Notes: generated by a model from the letters alone, not told the origin. DNA of 62,976 nucleotides, filler included, from Reticulomyxa filosa (GCA_000512085.1; 21 parts of 21 records of this genome joined end to end with filler, not necessarily neighbours in it); one strand, 5' to 3'; numbered from the whole stretch's first letter, positions 39,345 through 53,686 are shown. Translations and numbers: made by a program.

Positions 39345-39851
39345 TCAGAAAGCAATTGCCTCAATTTCCACTTTTGCTCCAAGTGGCAAATCTTTGACAG
39401 CATAACAAGCTCTAGCAGGCAAAGGGCTCTGTGGGGAGGAGTTCTCTTTGAAGAACTGAGCATATATGTCGTTGACCGCTTTGAAGTCTTTGATATCTGC
39501 CAAAAGCACAGTTGTTTTTACAATGTTGTCAACACGACTTCCGGCATCCGTGAGAATGGTCTTTATATTTTGCAATGCTTGTTTGGTTTGGTCTTCTAAT
39601 TTGTCATTCACAAGCGTCTTTGTCGCAGGACTTATTCCCACTTGTCCACTCAAATAAATGAACCCATTCGATTTTATTCCATGGCTAAATGCGGCCACCG
39701 GTGCTGGCAGGGCTTTTGCACTTATTGCTGTCTTGCTCGTACCAGCAAATGTGGAGCGAGATATTAGCATTGAGGGATGTGAACATAATTTGGATACCGC
39801 ATTCCATGGAAAAAAAGCGGATTGCTTTGCAGAACGAAGCAAAATGTTCAT
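39345..39851 (-). CDS. ridA: RidA/YjgF/UK114 reactive-intermediate deaminase with putative mitochondrial presequence
   Basis: IYLSGQVG, QTKQALQNIKTIL, VKTTVLLADIKDFKAVNDIYAQFF, PARACYAVKDLPLGAKVEIEAIA. N-terminal ~38 aa are R/S-rich and lack acidic residues. Confidence 0.95.
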   Translation of the reverse strand: MNILLRSAKQSAFFPWNAVSKLCSHPSMLISRSTFAGTSKTAISAKALPAPVAAFSHGIKSNGFIYLSGQVGISPATKTLVNDKLEDQTKQALQNIKTILTDAGSRVDNIVKTTVLLADIKDFKAVNDIYAQFFKENSSPQSPLPARACYAVKDLPLGAKVEIEAIAF

Positions 39852-40089
39852 ATTTCTTTATTTCAGTCGTTGAGTGGTCAACAAATTATATTACCCCTTT
39901 TTTTAAAAAGCTGTTTGTAAATGGATTTTTGTTGTATTGACAAGAGAAAATTCTAAATAAATAGTGTTATTCTAATTTTTTTTATTTTACTTGTGTTGGC
40001 TCCAGGAACTTGTCACTTTCATATCAGTCATGTCGAAAGTTTAGAGAAAAGTGGAGTAAGGAGGGGATGCCGTCAAAAACTTTTGTGAA

Positions 40090-40871
40090 ATGGCGCAACG
40101 CAAGACCAATACAGAGTATGACTGCCTGTTTGTGCTATTACTGGTCGGAGACAGTGGAGTAGGGAAATCATGTCTTTTGCTGAGATTTACGGAAGATACA
40201 TTCAGCGATAATATGATAAACACGATTGGGGTCGACTTTAAGACCAAGACAATAAACGTGGATGACAAAGTCATCAAACTGCAACTATGGTTTTTTTTTT
40301 TACAAAAAAAAAAAAAAAAAAAAGGGAAAAATTTGTTACAAATATGTACATCAAAGAATTTTTTTTTTTTTTTTTTTTACGTAACCAAGAAAAATGTTGG
40401 GAACAAAAGTATATAAAAATCACACCAAGGGACACGGCCGGTCAAGAGCGATTTCGCGCGATAACGAAGTCATACTATCGTGGTGCACACGGAATAATAG
40501 TAGTGTATGACGTGACAAAGGCTGACACGTTTGACAGCGTATCAAACTGGTTGCACGAGATCGAAAGGAACGCGCCCGAAACAGTGTGTAAGTTGTTGGT
40601 TGGAAACAAGTCGGATAAAGACGAGCAGCACTCTCGACAAGTACCACGAGAAAAAGGAGAGAATTTGGCGTTGGAACATCGCGTACCATTTGTCGAGACC
40701 AGTGCGAAAAATACAGACAATGTGTCTCGAATGTTCGAAACGATGGCCAGACTTATTCTGGAAAAATGGTCCCAACGCAATACTTATACTACTACTTCCA
40801 ACGAACTTTCCAAAATTAACATTCAGCCAACCACACAAAACTCTACAAAAGATAATGGGTGTTGGTGTTAA
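40090..40871 (+). CDS. Rab1-like small GTPase, 2 exons
   Basis: [24 protein letters not shown] (across intron 40290-40429), [26 protein letters not shown]-terminal CWC prenylation motif. Confidence 0.92.
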
Positions 40872-41109
40872 AATTTGTTTAAATAATACTGGTGCTTTTT
40901 TTTTTTTTCCCCCCCCCCCTATCAATTAATCTCAGCCTTCAAATTTGTAATTTCATCCAACAAGTAATTATCATCAGTAATNNNNNNNNNNNNNNNNNNN
41001 NNNNNNNNNNNNNNNNNNNNNNNNNTTAATTAATTAANNNNNNNNNNNNNNNNNNNNNNNNNNNNNNNNNNNNNNNNNNNNCTTACAACATATCTTTTCA
41101 CTCCCTCCT

Positions 41110-41599
41110 CCCCCCCTCCTCTTCAAACATACCAAACATTGGTTCAAACTTTTCATTGAAAATATTTGATTTGGTTGCCGATTCAAAGTTTGTTGTCCAA
41201 ACTATGTACAAGTCATTAAAATGTTGTTTTTTTTTTTATCCTACCTTTTTATTCACAACAACAACAAAAACATGCAATGTCCGTTTCGAAACTGTATTGG
41301 ATATATGTCGGGTCAAGTAGCGCCACAAATGTCTGCATTGGGAAACTGAACGCGATGACACGATGGTCGGAATATTTCAACAGCCATTCATAACATCGAT
41401 CATAAAAAGAATCTTCATAAAACTCTCTCAACAAATTCAAATGGCCAAAGTAAAATTGAAACGAGTCAATGTTCACTATGTTGTCGTGCTTTTTTGCTGC
41501 TGTCCACCACAACAACGTGAAACAACTAACACCAGCTCCACAAGTCAGTGCCAACAATGTTCGCTTATTAGCTAAATTCGTGAGTGTATTTATGTTCAT
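41110..41599 (-). CDS. Cytochrome P450 N-terminus (CYP86/CYP704-like; 3' partial)
   Basis: N-terminal TM helix, then FGHL and LDPTYIQY; after an intron, IWTTNFESATKSNIFNEKFEPMFG, resembling 'P.NV..ILKTNF.NY.KG...F..LLG'. Confidence 0.65.
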
Positions 41600-42399
41600 A
41601 GCATATGCTTTTGGCGGAAAAAGGGCGCCTTACATGAATCCAGTACAAAAAAGAAAACACTGCAAGACAAACATTGAAACGCTGGTCAAGTTATCATCCG
41701 AAAAGACATTTAAATTTTAGTTTTAATGTATTTTGAATGCATCCAACAATTACTGTAATTCAAAGTGATGTTGTTATCACGAAACAAAAATAACAAAAAA
41801 AAGCAAATAAAAAAATATTTGAATGTTGCCAGAAAAACGCTGATGCAACTTTAGAGTCAATCAAGACTATACTGATTGTTATACTGCATTATAAGAATTT
41901 CATAATCATTTGTTGCGTGTATTACATTTTCTGCATCTTTTTTTTTAGAATGAGCTGCGCATATTAGCGCTAAAACATGTAATACCAGTTTGCCACTATA
42001 TCCAAATAGGACTTAGCGCGTATAAAAGCAAAACAAAAAAACAAAAAACCAAATCGTCAACACCACCTTACACTTACAATATGAACTAATTTAATAGATA
42101 AGATAAACAATATTTAATTTAACAAACATCTTTAAAAAAGAAATCAATATAGATAAGTGCAAATGATAAAAAGGGGTCTCATTCATTGTCAGTACCACAA
42201 TATGTGCCAGTATATGATGTACTGTCTCTCTTCATCATGATGTGTCTAGACTTTCATATCTTTTGCATTTCTAAGTCATGAAAACTTTAATAAAAAAATT
42301 CGATAAATCAAAAATTAATTTAAATCAATATGTGTAATGTTTTATGTTTGTTCCCAGGTCAACATTATTGCATTTCATTTTTCCTTTAATACTACAATA

Positions 42400-43850
42400 T
42401 TACTATGTGACTCTAACGTTGGTGCTGTATGCTTAATATTCAATTCATCTTTATTCTTGACAATGTTTGCATCTATATCTTCTGCATTAGCAACGGATTC
42501 CAAATCTTAATCTTCCAATATTTCGTCCATTGTACATGCTCAAATTTTTCATACTCTAACATCAGCGCATATGACCATGTTCGCCGCAGTTCCAACACTA
42601 ATCGTTCCAATGACGATTAACGCCTTTGAAAACGTTATGTTTCTTTTTATCTTTCGTTACTTGCTTTTTTGTAGCTGTAGCTACATTACTTTGGCTCGGC
42701 GAGTTAATACCATCATACGGTTTATTATCAATATCATTTCTGTTATTATAACTCAATTTTTCTCTAACTGTAAAACAATTGTTCCAATCTGATGTGTTTT
42801 CATGTCAATAAAATATTTTCGTCTCAAGATTCCAATATAGCTCCAAGCAACGATTCAATTAATCTTTATTCAGATAGCTTTAACATCTTTCTTGCTGGAA
42901 AATTACATTCTAAGCTTATTCTAATTCCGACTTTAACTCAAACTTCGCTTGTCTACATTTTAGTAAAATATCAGCTGGTCCCTCGTTATGACTTGTGCTA
43001 AATTGAAGCAGTTCCGAAGTCCTTCTTGTACTTAATGCTTGCATCTAAATATTTTAAACATATACGACATCAACAAATTAAATATATCGTTATTCTATGC
43101 AGTCCGTTTCTTGAACATCACTAGACAAACATTGTGATACTAAATATTTCTTACAAAACTAATCTGGAATTTGATATTTATCCTTACATGCCAAAAATTG
43201 TCTTCGCCAACGTTGGAAATTATCTATGCATCCGTTGAAGATATAGCGAAAACGATAGATTGCTCTATTTCTAACTTCATTACATCGTGGTCCATATGGC
43301 GAATATGTTCTAACATCGTTTCGTGATTGCATCACAAAAGGCTTCTCAATCAATAGCTGTTTGGTCGCATGAACACCGAGATCTGACTTATAGCCCAATT
43401 TAACATCACCTTTGTCTTGATGTTTTTGAATAGTCATAACATGTGGTCCTTTGTGCTCCAACAGTTGTTAATTTCTTGACCTGTTCATCAAATATCGACA
43501 ATTGTTTCTTCAACGCTAGCCTATCATTGAAGTCAGTGCAAATAAGTGACGCCATTTACATGTTACTTTGTCTGTTCTTATCTTGAGTGTCAAACTGATT
43601 TTCGATATGTGTCCAAGTTTAGCTTTGTTGGTACACACGATTGCTCATCGGTCATGTTACTTGTTCTTGAACGCATACTTTTGCAATGTGCTGATCACTG
43701 TAACTTGGAGACATCTTCTTATTCGTTAAGTCTGTCAGTTTCAACTATTTATAACAGTTTTTGTTTTAACATTTGATTCATCTTTGCTATTTCATCTTCA
43801 CTAGGCAATGTATTTCCAGATTGAGCATTTTCATTAAGCCCACAAACAAT
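42400..43850 (-). pseudogene. Heavily decayed coding-like sequence, possibly a retroelement endonuclease remnant
   Basis: Coding-like composition with many stops. The fragment LLEHKGPHVMTIQ..AIYR weakly recalls an APE N-terminus. Confidence 0.25.
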
Positions 43851-44735
43851 ATTTAGCACAATTTGTAATTTTATTTTACATAACATTAATTAACATAATA
43901 ATCAAGTAACTGTTTTAACTTTTTACAATTTTTAAATATTATCTATAGCATATCCCAAAAATATTAATGTGCACATTCTTCACACGTATGATAACCACGT
44001 GGGAATTGACATATACTTTCATTCTTGTGATACAAATAAACATACATATTGCAAACTGCACATAATTTCTTGAACAATTAGTATGTTTAGCCTTTTAAAA
44101 TGAAAATGATATTTTTCAGGTATAATTGCATCATTTTGTTACAAAAACTTGTTCTTGGATAAATCGTAGCTGTTGCTGCACAAAAAGTGAGATGGCTACG
44201 TTTACTTAACCTTTTTCAATTTCGTTTATCGAATTACCAAGAAATTAACTTTCGATTTCCTAGTACGACATGTAACTAGTTTTTTAAATTTCAATGTTAA
44301 TAATGTATTGACAAGTAGTTGAAAATTTTTTATGTATATGTATTTTTATGCTTTTTACTTTTTTTGAGTACTTTTAATTTCATCTTTATCATGGTCAGTG
44401 TTTTCCTTTTTTTTATTTGTTGTAAGTGCGAATTTATTTGGTTTACTTTCGTTAGTCCGTAATTTCTTTTAGTCAAATTGATACGATTAAATGATGTGAA
44501 TGTCAGAAACAGAATATTGGATACTTTTTGAACTTATGAAAGGCAGCCAAAAACAAAGGAAAATAGGAACATATGAAAAAAAAGAAAAAAAAAATCAGAC
44601 AAAACATTACATTAAGACATTTTCATATGTGTTCATGGCCCTAAATCAAGAACAAATATGCCTTTGTTGCCACCAAATTTCTTTTTTTTGGCAAATGAGA
44701 ATAATAAAAATTATATTTTTCAAAGACTTGATTGA

Positions 44736-46356
44736 TTAAACGATATTTCCACTGTTTAATTCAGAAGATTGAGATCCAGCAGACTTGGGTTGTAATGCTC
44801 TATCTGTTTTGTGTTTTTTGATTTGTCTGGGCTCAACGAAAAAGTACTTGTAATAATCAGTATTTTCGTTGTTGTTGAATCTACAAAAATTGGTTGACAG
44901 TTGAAAGATCATTTGCTGTCGTGCCAGCAATGACTCATAGATAGGACATTCATTCTATGGCATTTGAACACAAATACAGCAAATTCAATAAGAAAGAAAG
45001 AAGGAAAAAAAAAGTGGCTCATTTTGACGCAACTGTTTCATCAGAGATAAGATGTGCAGCATTCAAGACAGTTTCTCTGAGTAAATGAGGAAGGATACTT
45101 TCAGAAACCACCATAGAATCTAGCAATGGTCCAATGACAAGTTTCGAAGCCCCAATTGTGGGTATTTCAGGTTCAGTGAGTTTTCCGGTGAGTTCCGAAG
45201 TGATGTAAGCCTTTACTCACAAAGATAAGCACAAATATATACATATATATATATATATATATATGTATACGTATAGTTATTGAAACTTACACCCCCCTCC
45301 CTCCCTCCCTCCTCCCCCAAAAGCATATCAAACAAAGTTGGAACACAGAAGAAAAAAAATGAGGAGAACATAGATTGGTAATATTTTCAGTGGCAAGGTG
45401 ATTGATTGCTTAACATCTGTACGCTGAGTAGTGGTCAAAGTAGGTCTTTTTCTTTGAGGTCGTTGTAGAACGACATCACCGTGTATGGAGACGCGATATA
45501 AGCCACATTCCAAGGGCGTCAGCCGGATGTAGATGACAGGAGTGTTGGATCGTTTGAACCTGTGATTGGGTATGAACTGCGTGGACAAGAAAAGCGGGGA
45601 TTTGGACTTGGACCAAATGATTCGAATCGGCGAAGACAAATAGACCTCTTTCTTGCGTTCCACATTCGCTTTGGTCATGGCCGACGGGACATGGAATACC
45701 ATTTCGTGTGTGGTATTGGCATAATAAAAGATGCGCTTGCAGTCGTGTCGGGTGAGCCCTCCATTGTATCCGGTGTGCCCTTCGAGATTGATATGATTGC
45801 ACAATTTGCTCAAAAACTGTTTGAACTCGTCGCAATGGCTTTTCCAATCGCTCGTGCGAAGCATGTCCAGATCGCTGAATTGCGTGTGTTCCAACGACTC
45901 TGTCTTTTGCGCACTTGTGTCGTGGACAAGCACGGCGACATCGATTTGGTCCAACAGCGATATCTTGTCCAAAGCTTCCAATTGTGATCGAAGATTTTGC
46001 CGATCCATGTGCAAAGGCGTAGCATGTTCGACAGTAGCATGCACGTTATCCTTATCTTTTCTCTTGTCTTTGTCTTTGTCTTTATCTTTATCTTTATCTT
46101 TGTCTTTGTTTCGATCTTTGGAAGTATCGCTCACCACCGTATTGAAGCTACTAGCATGTTGTTTCTCCATGTCCAATACCTCCAAATCACGGTCGTGTGA
46201 AGACGTTGGGAGATGGTACTTGATCAGACCCAACGTACTCAACAACCGTCGGCCATGAATAAAGGTAGCCGCGTCATCGGCAAAAGGTGGAGGCGGTGGT
46301 TTGCTTGCACTGAACATATCCACGCTATCAACAAACCAAGGCTCTTTACACTCTAT

Positions 46357-46391
<35 letters not shown>

Positions 46392-47900
46392 TTGTTGCTG
46401 TTGTTGTTGTTGTTGTTGTCGGAGAAACAAGATTATCACTTCCCTCTCCGGCTGTCGCCTTATGCTGGAAACGCTGATGGAATGCAACCACATCGCGCTC
46501 GTCACGCTGTTGCAACTTCATCATCTTTATCACATTGTTGCCAAATGTGTCGTGCTGCAAATTCATCATCCAATTGTCGGCCGCAAAGGCACCGCTCCAA
46601 TATGCGTCCGTCGATTGCGCTTTGTTTTCGATCTGCGTTTCAAACGCACTTGTTGCCACTGGCACACGCTTCGGCTTTGCGCGGTTGCGCAGAAATTGGT
46701 GGCCACCCCCTTTTCTTCTTTCCATCGACTTTTGCTCATCTTTGCCGCCACTGTTATTGTTACTATTATTGCCATTGCTATTATTATTGTTATTGTTATT
46801 GTTGTCTACTTCCATCGTCAACTCATGCATTTTTTCAAAAAATTTACTTTCTTTTGCTACGCGTTGCGAGTTGGTCAGAGCTTCTCCGTATACGTCCTGT
46901 GCTGATGGCAGCTGTCGATTATTTGCATTTTTTTTTGTTTTGTTTTGTTTTTTGCAAACATTTCATTCACTTAATTTTGTTTATTTGTTTGTTTATTTGC
47001 TTTTCTCTCCTTCCCCCCTCCCCCCTTTTTTTTTTTTTGTTTCCTGAACTTTAGGTGGCTCATTCGATGGCTTGGTTGTCATCACTTGAATCGGTGGTGC
47101 CAAGTCATGCAAATCATCGTAATGACATGTGGTCTCCCACGCGTATTTGCCAAAGCCGTCCCGAACCATTATTATCAATTCGCACAGACGTGGCTTTGTC
47201 TCTTGCCTTTTGCGATAGCTGCTTTGGTATGTCTCAAACTCCTTCTCATTGCTGTCAGACGATAAGCACGACACTGGGGGCTTTCTCCAAGGGTAATGTT
47301 CCAATTTCTTTTTGATGTCGCTGTCGAGAAAAGACGAATACAGTGGAGTTGTTGGACTTGAAACAATGTTATTATTATTATTATTATTATTATTGTTATT
47401 ACTATCATTTTTATTGTCATTGTCGTTATTCTGTGTTGTATCCATGTGACCGGAAGCTGTTTGTATTGCAAATAAAAGATTTGACAAAGTTGCAAGTGCA
47501 CAAGAACAAGACACGCAAGATATGACACGAGAACGAACAATTGATTGCATACCAGTTTGGTCACCAACGCTGGCGACATCTTCTTTTCGTCGATTAAGAT
47601 TTGTCGCAGTGGCATTAGTGTTCGTGTTCGTATTTGTATTTGTATTTGTATTCGTATTTGTATTCGTATTTGTGTTTGTGTTGGGTTGCTTTGTGGAAGC
47701 AAGATTGTCCTGCGAGGGGTCGATGCAATCATCGAGTAACGATGACGAGTCGTCCATTCTGGGCATTTCCACAATGGTAAAGATCCGCTCTCTTCGATAG
47801 CTAAAGTATCGAATGCGATCATTCGGATTCCATTTCCAATTGTTTGTCTCAGTCGGCGGCATTCTGTGATTTAATCTCCAAATGTACTCTTCAATTTGAC
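44736..47900 (-). CDS. RapGAP-domain protein (RalGAP/tuberin-like), C-terminal exons (5' partial)
   Basis: FKQFLSKL, HTGYNGGL, YYANTTHEMVFHVPSAM, IRIIWS and PLECGLYRVSI; a later exon has GPLLDSMVVS..LLRETVLNA. MVRDGFGKYAW lies upstream. Confidence 0.85.
46355..46419. repeat. (TTGCTG/TTG)n coding repeat (Thr/Ala tract in the RapGAP gene)
   Basis: Direct reading; it explains the poly-C and poly-L antisense ORFs. Confidence 0.9.
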
Positions 47901-47951
47901 CCTTTTTATTTTATTGTATTGATTTCATGTGTTATGTATGTATTAAAGTAA

Positions 47952-47985
<34 letters not shown>

Positions 47986-48162
47986 CATATACATATANNN
48001 NNNNNNNNNNNNNNNNNNNNNNNNNNNNNNNNNNNNNNNNNTTAATTAATTAANNNNNNNNNNNNNNNNNNNNNNNNNNNNNNNNNNNNNNNNNNNNAAT
48101 AGCTACCCCCTTCCCTCTTCCCCACTCCCCCCCCCCTCTTTCGTGCAACAGGAATACGTACA

Positions 48163-48916
48163 TTAGTACATTGGACACAAGACATTGCACATACACATAG
48201 TAAAGACAAAACTCGTAGTCGGCTGTTCGGTTGGCTTGAGTGTGGTCGGCTGTGTAGTGGGACGCAACGACGGTTTCTTTGTGGGTCTAATCGTCGGCAA
48301 CGTGGTCGGTCTGCGTGTTGGCGGTTTGGTCGGAGCGAATGTTGGCGGTGCGTTACACACGAAACCAAAAATGTTATTCCCAACCGAATTGCAGTTTGCT
48401 GGTGTAAACGATTGCCAGTTGTAACTCAGGTTGGGTCCTAACATTATCGTGCAATTGTCCCCTGCTCCTGGGTTTCCTATTTTCCAATTCGTAAAGTTCT
48501 CTGAGGAACCGTCCAGCCATTGCCATGGCACTGGAAATGGATAACCTGGATCGTAGTATCCTATCCACACTCCTCCTGCGCTGTATCCTGCTGAGTTGTA
48601 CAGTGTTTGCAATTCTTGTTGCTTTTCGCTCGTGTCTACTGTTGCCAGAGTCTTCGAGTATTGCTGTCGACAATATGTATTCGCTCCACTATTCATTACA
48701 AACCAATCCCGTCCCAGACACAATCACTTCTTAACTGCTGTTGTCATATGTTCTGGGAAAGAGGGGTACTTACTGAAAAGAATAGTTTTGCACACTATTC
48801 ACGATCAACAGAAAGTGGCTTGAGGTCTTCACCGTTATTGTACAGAACCCAACATTAAACAAAATAAAAAGCAAAGTTGACAGGAACAATTGCTTTGGCA
48901 ACATTGCAGGAAACAT
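48163..48916 (-). CDS. Secreted/membrane C-type lectin with Pro/Thr-rich stalk (3' end uncertain)
   Basis: Signal-peptide-like exon from ATG 48916, a GTAAGT intron, then ANTYC..LATV, VWIGY, WQWLDGS, FTNW..GNP, NC and FVC, followed by PT repeats. Confidence 0.85.
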
Positions 48917-51826
48917 GGATTGTTGGAATCCTTTTTTTTCCAAGTCTAAGTTTGCTTGTGACTTAACGTCCTGGCAATGTATGTATTAGCTTTTACTTTT
49001 AATGTATCGTCTTTTTTTAAAAAATATATTTGTACAATGGCTTATGTCCATAATTCCAATATTAAAAACATCCCAATTACACTTATATCACTTTCAATAC
49101 TATTTTTGTGCGTTTCTATTTTTTTTGCAACGCTAAAATGAGTGTTTTTTTTAATTACAGATGGCAAGGAAAAACGAAAGTACGTGGTCGCGTGCGTGTG
49201 AAAAAATAAAAAGAAGAGATTGATGCGGTACAAGAGACGAGATTGTCGTCAATGGGTATTTGTGGAGTGAATATTATCGCTGTCCCGGAGCAACAAGTAT
49301 TGATTACATGATTTTACATTTCATTTTAATTCAAAGAAACTTAAAAAATCAAAACAAAAGGTTGTTATCAAAATAAATTTGTTTGAGATACAGAATTGGA
49401 GTCGAAGTACGTGTGTTTAGTGTATTGTCTAAATGATGCATATCCGGAAGAAACCTTGTGTCTCCATTGAGGAAATAACATGACTGATCTGTCGTACAAT
49501 ACAGTGGAGTCTCGATATTATGAAAATCGACGCCCGGTGCAAAAGAGACAACACATCAAAAACCCTGTGGATGAAAAGAAGCGTGCAATGCATGGGGTTT
49601 AATAACTATAGTGCAATCAATCATTTGCCTGTAATCCAAGTGGTTCTCCATTGTCGTCCTTTTTGCCGACATCAACGCTGATTTAAATTGCACGGAGGTG
49701 GTCATGGTTATCATTGACATGTACGGAAAACCAAATGATGCGCCATTGTTTGATTCTTCAACTGTGACTGCTCTTCTTTAAATTTTATAATCACTCCAAT
49801 TCACTGACATCTTTTCATATTCAATCAAAAACTTTGTAATTTTTGAAAAAAAAATGAACTGATTTTAATTGTTTTTTGTTTAAAAACATAATCTGTTTTT
49901 CTGGGGATTCCCAAGGGAAAAAGGAGGGAATGGAGTGTAGTGCACACTTTAAATAAATAAAAATTGCAATATGGGTTGTTGGGTGAAGTAGAGGGACCTT
50001 GTCTCTACTAATTACGTGAAAATGACTCGAAACATTTTTTTGAGTATTTTTGCTCTTTCAAAATCGGTCAATTTCTTCATTGTACTCGCATACACTTTGA
50101 AGTGAAATGTGACTGTGGCTTTGCCAGACGTTCATTTGTGACTGTGTGTAAGGGTAGCCAAATAGAAATATCGTTCCAACTGTGAGTTGGAAAATAAAAA
50201 CTATCTCATGTAAAAAAATATTGGACAATATTAAAAACTTCAGGAGCTTTTGTACAGTTGTTTCTCTGTAATAACGTCATAACCAAAATCTAAAAAAAAT
50301 TAGAAGGCCACAGCTGACAAAGAGCAATAACACCACACTAGTTTTCATTTTAAAGAGTTTGTTCAATTATTTATAGATTTAGAGCTCTTTTTTAAAAAAC
50401 TTTTTCTTAGTCTAGAACTTTTTTCCCTCTTTATCGTAAAAAAAAATATTGATAAGTTTTTTTATAAAATATTTTGATAAAAATAAGTTATTTTGATAAA
50501 ATGTGACCATTTAAATTTAAATTACAAACTTCTTTTTTTATGGATATTGTGCTGTTGGACAGTTGTCAGGGCTCTTTTTCTTTTATTGGTGAGGTTGGAG
50601 TTCTCTAGTGCTGGCGTTGGATGTTGACCACACTTTTCAATATTTACTCCCGAATGGCGCATGTCACTCGCTTCAAAGTTGGCCGTTACCATTTTGCAAT
50701 TCAAAACAAGGCCACTTGTCACCAACCAACCATTATCACATCAACAATTATATCAACAATTTCACATGTGATCACTCCGGCAATCAAACAAAATATAGCG
50801 CCAACTATTGCACCAACCCTAAAATCAATTACTATAATACAAATCGTAATCATAAATATGGACAGTCAAATTTGTGGATACTTAACAGGATTTGCAAAAA
50901 TAATGAATTTGGAGCATTGGATATTCGTGGTCACCTTTCAGTTAATTTGTGTACTTTTTTTCAATTCAAAAAATAATAACCAGAAAAAATTGATAGAAGT
51001 ATGAAATTTTTTAAAAATTTGTATGACGTATACAAATATAAAATATAAATAGACATGGACATGGCATGTGCACAACTTGTGCTTGAACACTTGGCAAAGT
51101 CCAAAACAGCCAAGATAATGCGAGCACTAATATTGTGAGTTTGGCTTGGACTGTTTCAATAGTCCTGGCAGCATGTTGGCTTATGACGAGCCAGGTGTGA
51201 ATGAGATATTATGTATCCATGCGCACTAATGCACCAGGTAATTGTTCGTCCAAGTGGAAGAACTTGCAGTAATTGTTGGAAGGGAGTAATTAGCTGGTAT
51301 TATGCTCCACTTGGCCATAGTTTAATCGGATGGGAACTCAATGTTGAACCCATATCCGCCAACAATGGTCCGCAAATGGACGATAAATGGCCGATCCACA
51401 ATGATGTCCGCGCCTGCAGCAACAAACAATAGGTAAGCACACTAAACTATGATACGATCAATTAGTATGTATCAACAATTTACATGACATAAGTATATGT
51501 ACACTTTTTTTTATATATAGAATTACACACAAAAACAACGTATAACCTTGGTGATGTATATACATTATTGAAAAAAAATATAGACAAGGCGCCCAACGAT
51601 GATCCAATGACAACAAGAAGAAGATAACCCAGTCTCCGAAAGGAGTATAAATGGTTTGTTATATCTTTTTATATATATATAAATGTGTCAATGTGCTTTG
51701 TGTTTGTGCACAGGAGTCCCCCGCCANNNNNNNNNNNNNNNNNNNNNNNNNNNNNNNNNNNNNNNNNNNNTTAATTAATTAANNNNNNNNNNNNNNNNNN
51801 NNNNNNNNNNNNNNNNNNNNNNNNNN

Positions 51827-52251
51827 AGGTTAAAGAATCTCTTTGTAGTCATGAGCAAAAAAGAACAAGATTCTCCTGACGAGGAACTAGATGACGTATT
51901 GGACGACGAAGAGGGCGACGAGGAAAAGGAAGAGGGGAAAGAAAAAGGAGAAAACAGACAAGCCAGAAAAAGCAAGTGGCCAAATCTCTTTCCTGCAAAA
52001 AGTGAAGGGAGAAAGTGCTAAAGTTAATTTTTTGTTTTGCTTTTAAATTGGCTGAAGTTATTAGTATCACCACAGTACAACCAAAAGTAATAAAACAAAC
52101 GAGGAGAAGAAAGATATATGATTTTTTTTATGTACTAAATATAAAGGGATTTTGGACTGATTGCAGTCGATGTCATTACAATATGAAGAGAGACCTTTCT
52201 CCAATGCAATGCAACAATTGTGGAAAGAACGATTTCGTTTCTTGTTTGTGA
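51827..52251 (+). CDS. Hypothetical protein 3' exons: acidic tract and terminal CxxC..CxxC ribbon
   Basis: DEELDDVLDDEEGDEEKEE exon; last exon FWTDCSRCHY..QCNNCGKNDFVSCL*. Confidence 0.35.
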
Positions 52252-53136
52252 TAATAACAAAAACTGTTTTCCAAATTTAAAATTCTTTTTTTGTTCAAAA
52301 ACTTGTATGATCTATCAGAATAATTTTTTTTGGAAGTCCCCATGATTTGGACATTTTAAAATTACTTGGAAAAGGGGGTTTTTTCTCAATAAAAAAAAAC
52401 TCGCTCTAAAATGAGTTTATGATGTTGGATTTCGATTACAGGAAATAATTTGCTTTTGACCATAGTTGTTTATTTGCATATGTTTGCCAAAAAAAAAGTG
52501 TCAGTATTATAATGGTATATCAAACCATTAAGATTCATTTTACGCAATTACCCCTAAGGATAACAATAAAAAAAGGGAAGACAGAAGGCCCGAAAGAACC
52601 ATTACCCTAATGAACCATGTCGCAGAAATGGGAGCGGTACATATTTCAAAAAACTTACACTAAATGTACTGTTCCTAACACAAAATCCAAAGCATTTTTG
52701 TGATGACTGCTGAACAAAAGGTAGTATTGCAAGATTTATTTTTGACTTTGAAAAGGGGTATGTAATCGAATATCTGATTTTTTTATTTATGTAATTTCAT
52801 GTATTATGTACTTTCGGAACAAACAGCAATAAAAATGTATCCTCGCTTCGGCTGTGAAAATAGATATACAATGTCAACCTGAGTATTGCCCACGTCAAGA
52901 AAGACCACAATAGACAAGCACATTTGTTTGGGCCGCGATGATAGCACCTTTTTTTTGAATGGTGTTGTTTTAGATGTCTTGGGTTTACACTCGCTGTCTT
53001 CTTTCTTTTTCGGCAGCTGTTGCATTTTTGCAAAGGNNNNNNNNNNNNNNNNNNNNNNNNNNNNNNNNNNNNNNNNNNNNTTAATTAATTAANNNNNNNN
53101 NNNNNNNNNNNNNNNNNNNNNNNNNNNNNNNNNNNN

Positions 53137-53686
53137 CAACAATAATAATAATAATAATAATAACAATAACAACACTGTCATTATTGCTCCTGCAGGTGCG
53201 CATCAATCGAAGGACGCTCATGCCAATCCCCCTGCCAATGGTAATGGTAATGGTAATGGCAATGCTGTTCCAAACTTGTTGACGAAGGAAATGACAACGA
53301 GATATGGAAACAACCCCATCACGCATAATGCATTTGAGTTTCGCATGGAACCGTCCAAGTTGGCTCATGCGTGCTATACTCAGAGTATTGATGTGTATTC
53401 CTTTGGGGTCATCATGTGGGAGGTCGGTAATATGCAAGAGGCTTATCAGGATATGAGCGTCGGGGAAATTGCACAGATGATTTTGTCTGGAAATCGCTTG
53501 AGGAGCGCCAGCCAAGAAACGCGCAATGAAAATGTCAATCACGGCTTTTATCACGTTCCCGATCATGTGTTCACGGAATACAACGCCATTCTCAATGACT
53601 GCTGGACACATGTCCCCACACAAAGACCTACTTTTGCTGCCATTGCTCAAAGGCTCGAACAGTTGCTGCAATCCATTACCAAATAA
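53137..53686 (+). CDS. Tyrosine-kinase-like protein kinase, C-terminal lobe (5' partial)
   Basis: YTQSIDVYSFGVIMWEV and DCWTHVPTQRPTFAAI (subdomains IX-XI). Confidence 0.9.

Noticed and set aside
46213-47054. Poly-Cys and poly-Leu ORFs on the plus strand
   Set aside because: Antisense shadows of coding microsatellites in the RapGAP gene. The same applies to overlapping ORFs at 20205-22623.
49430-51430. Coding-like fragments upstream of the C-type lectin
   Set aside because: Many stops in all frames and no family recognised; possibly decayed genes.
4339-53136. Regularly recurring TTAATTAATTAA palindrome resembling a repeat array or CRISPR
   Set aside because: Always embedded in N-runs; it is a synthetic six-frame-stop linker.
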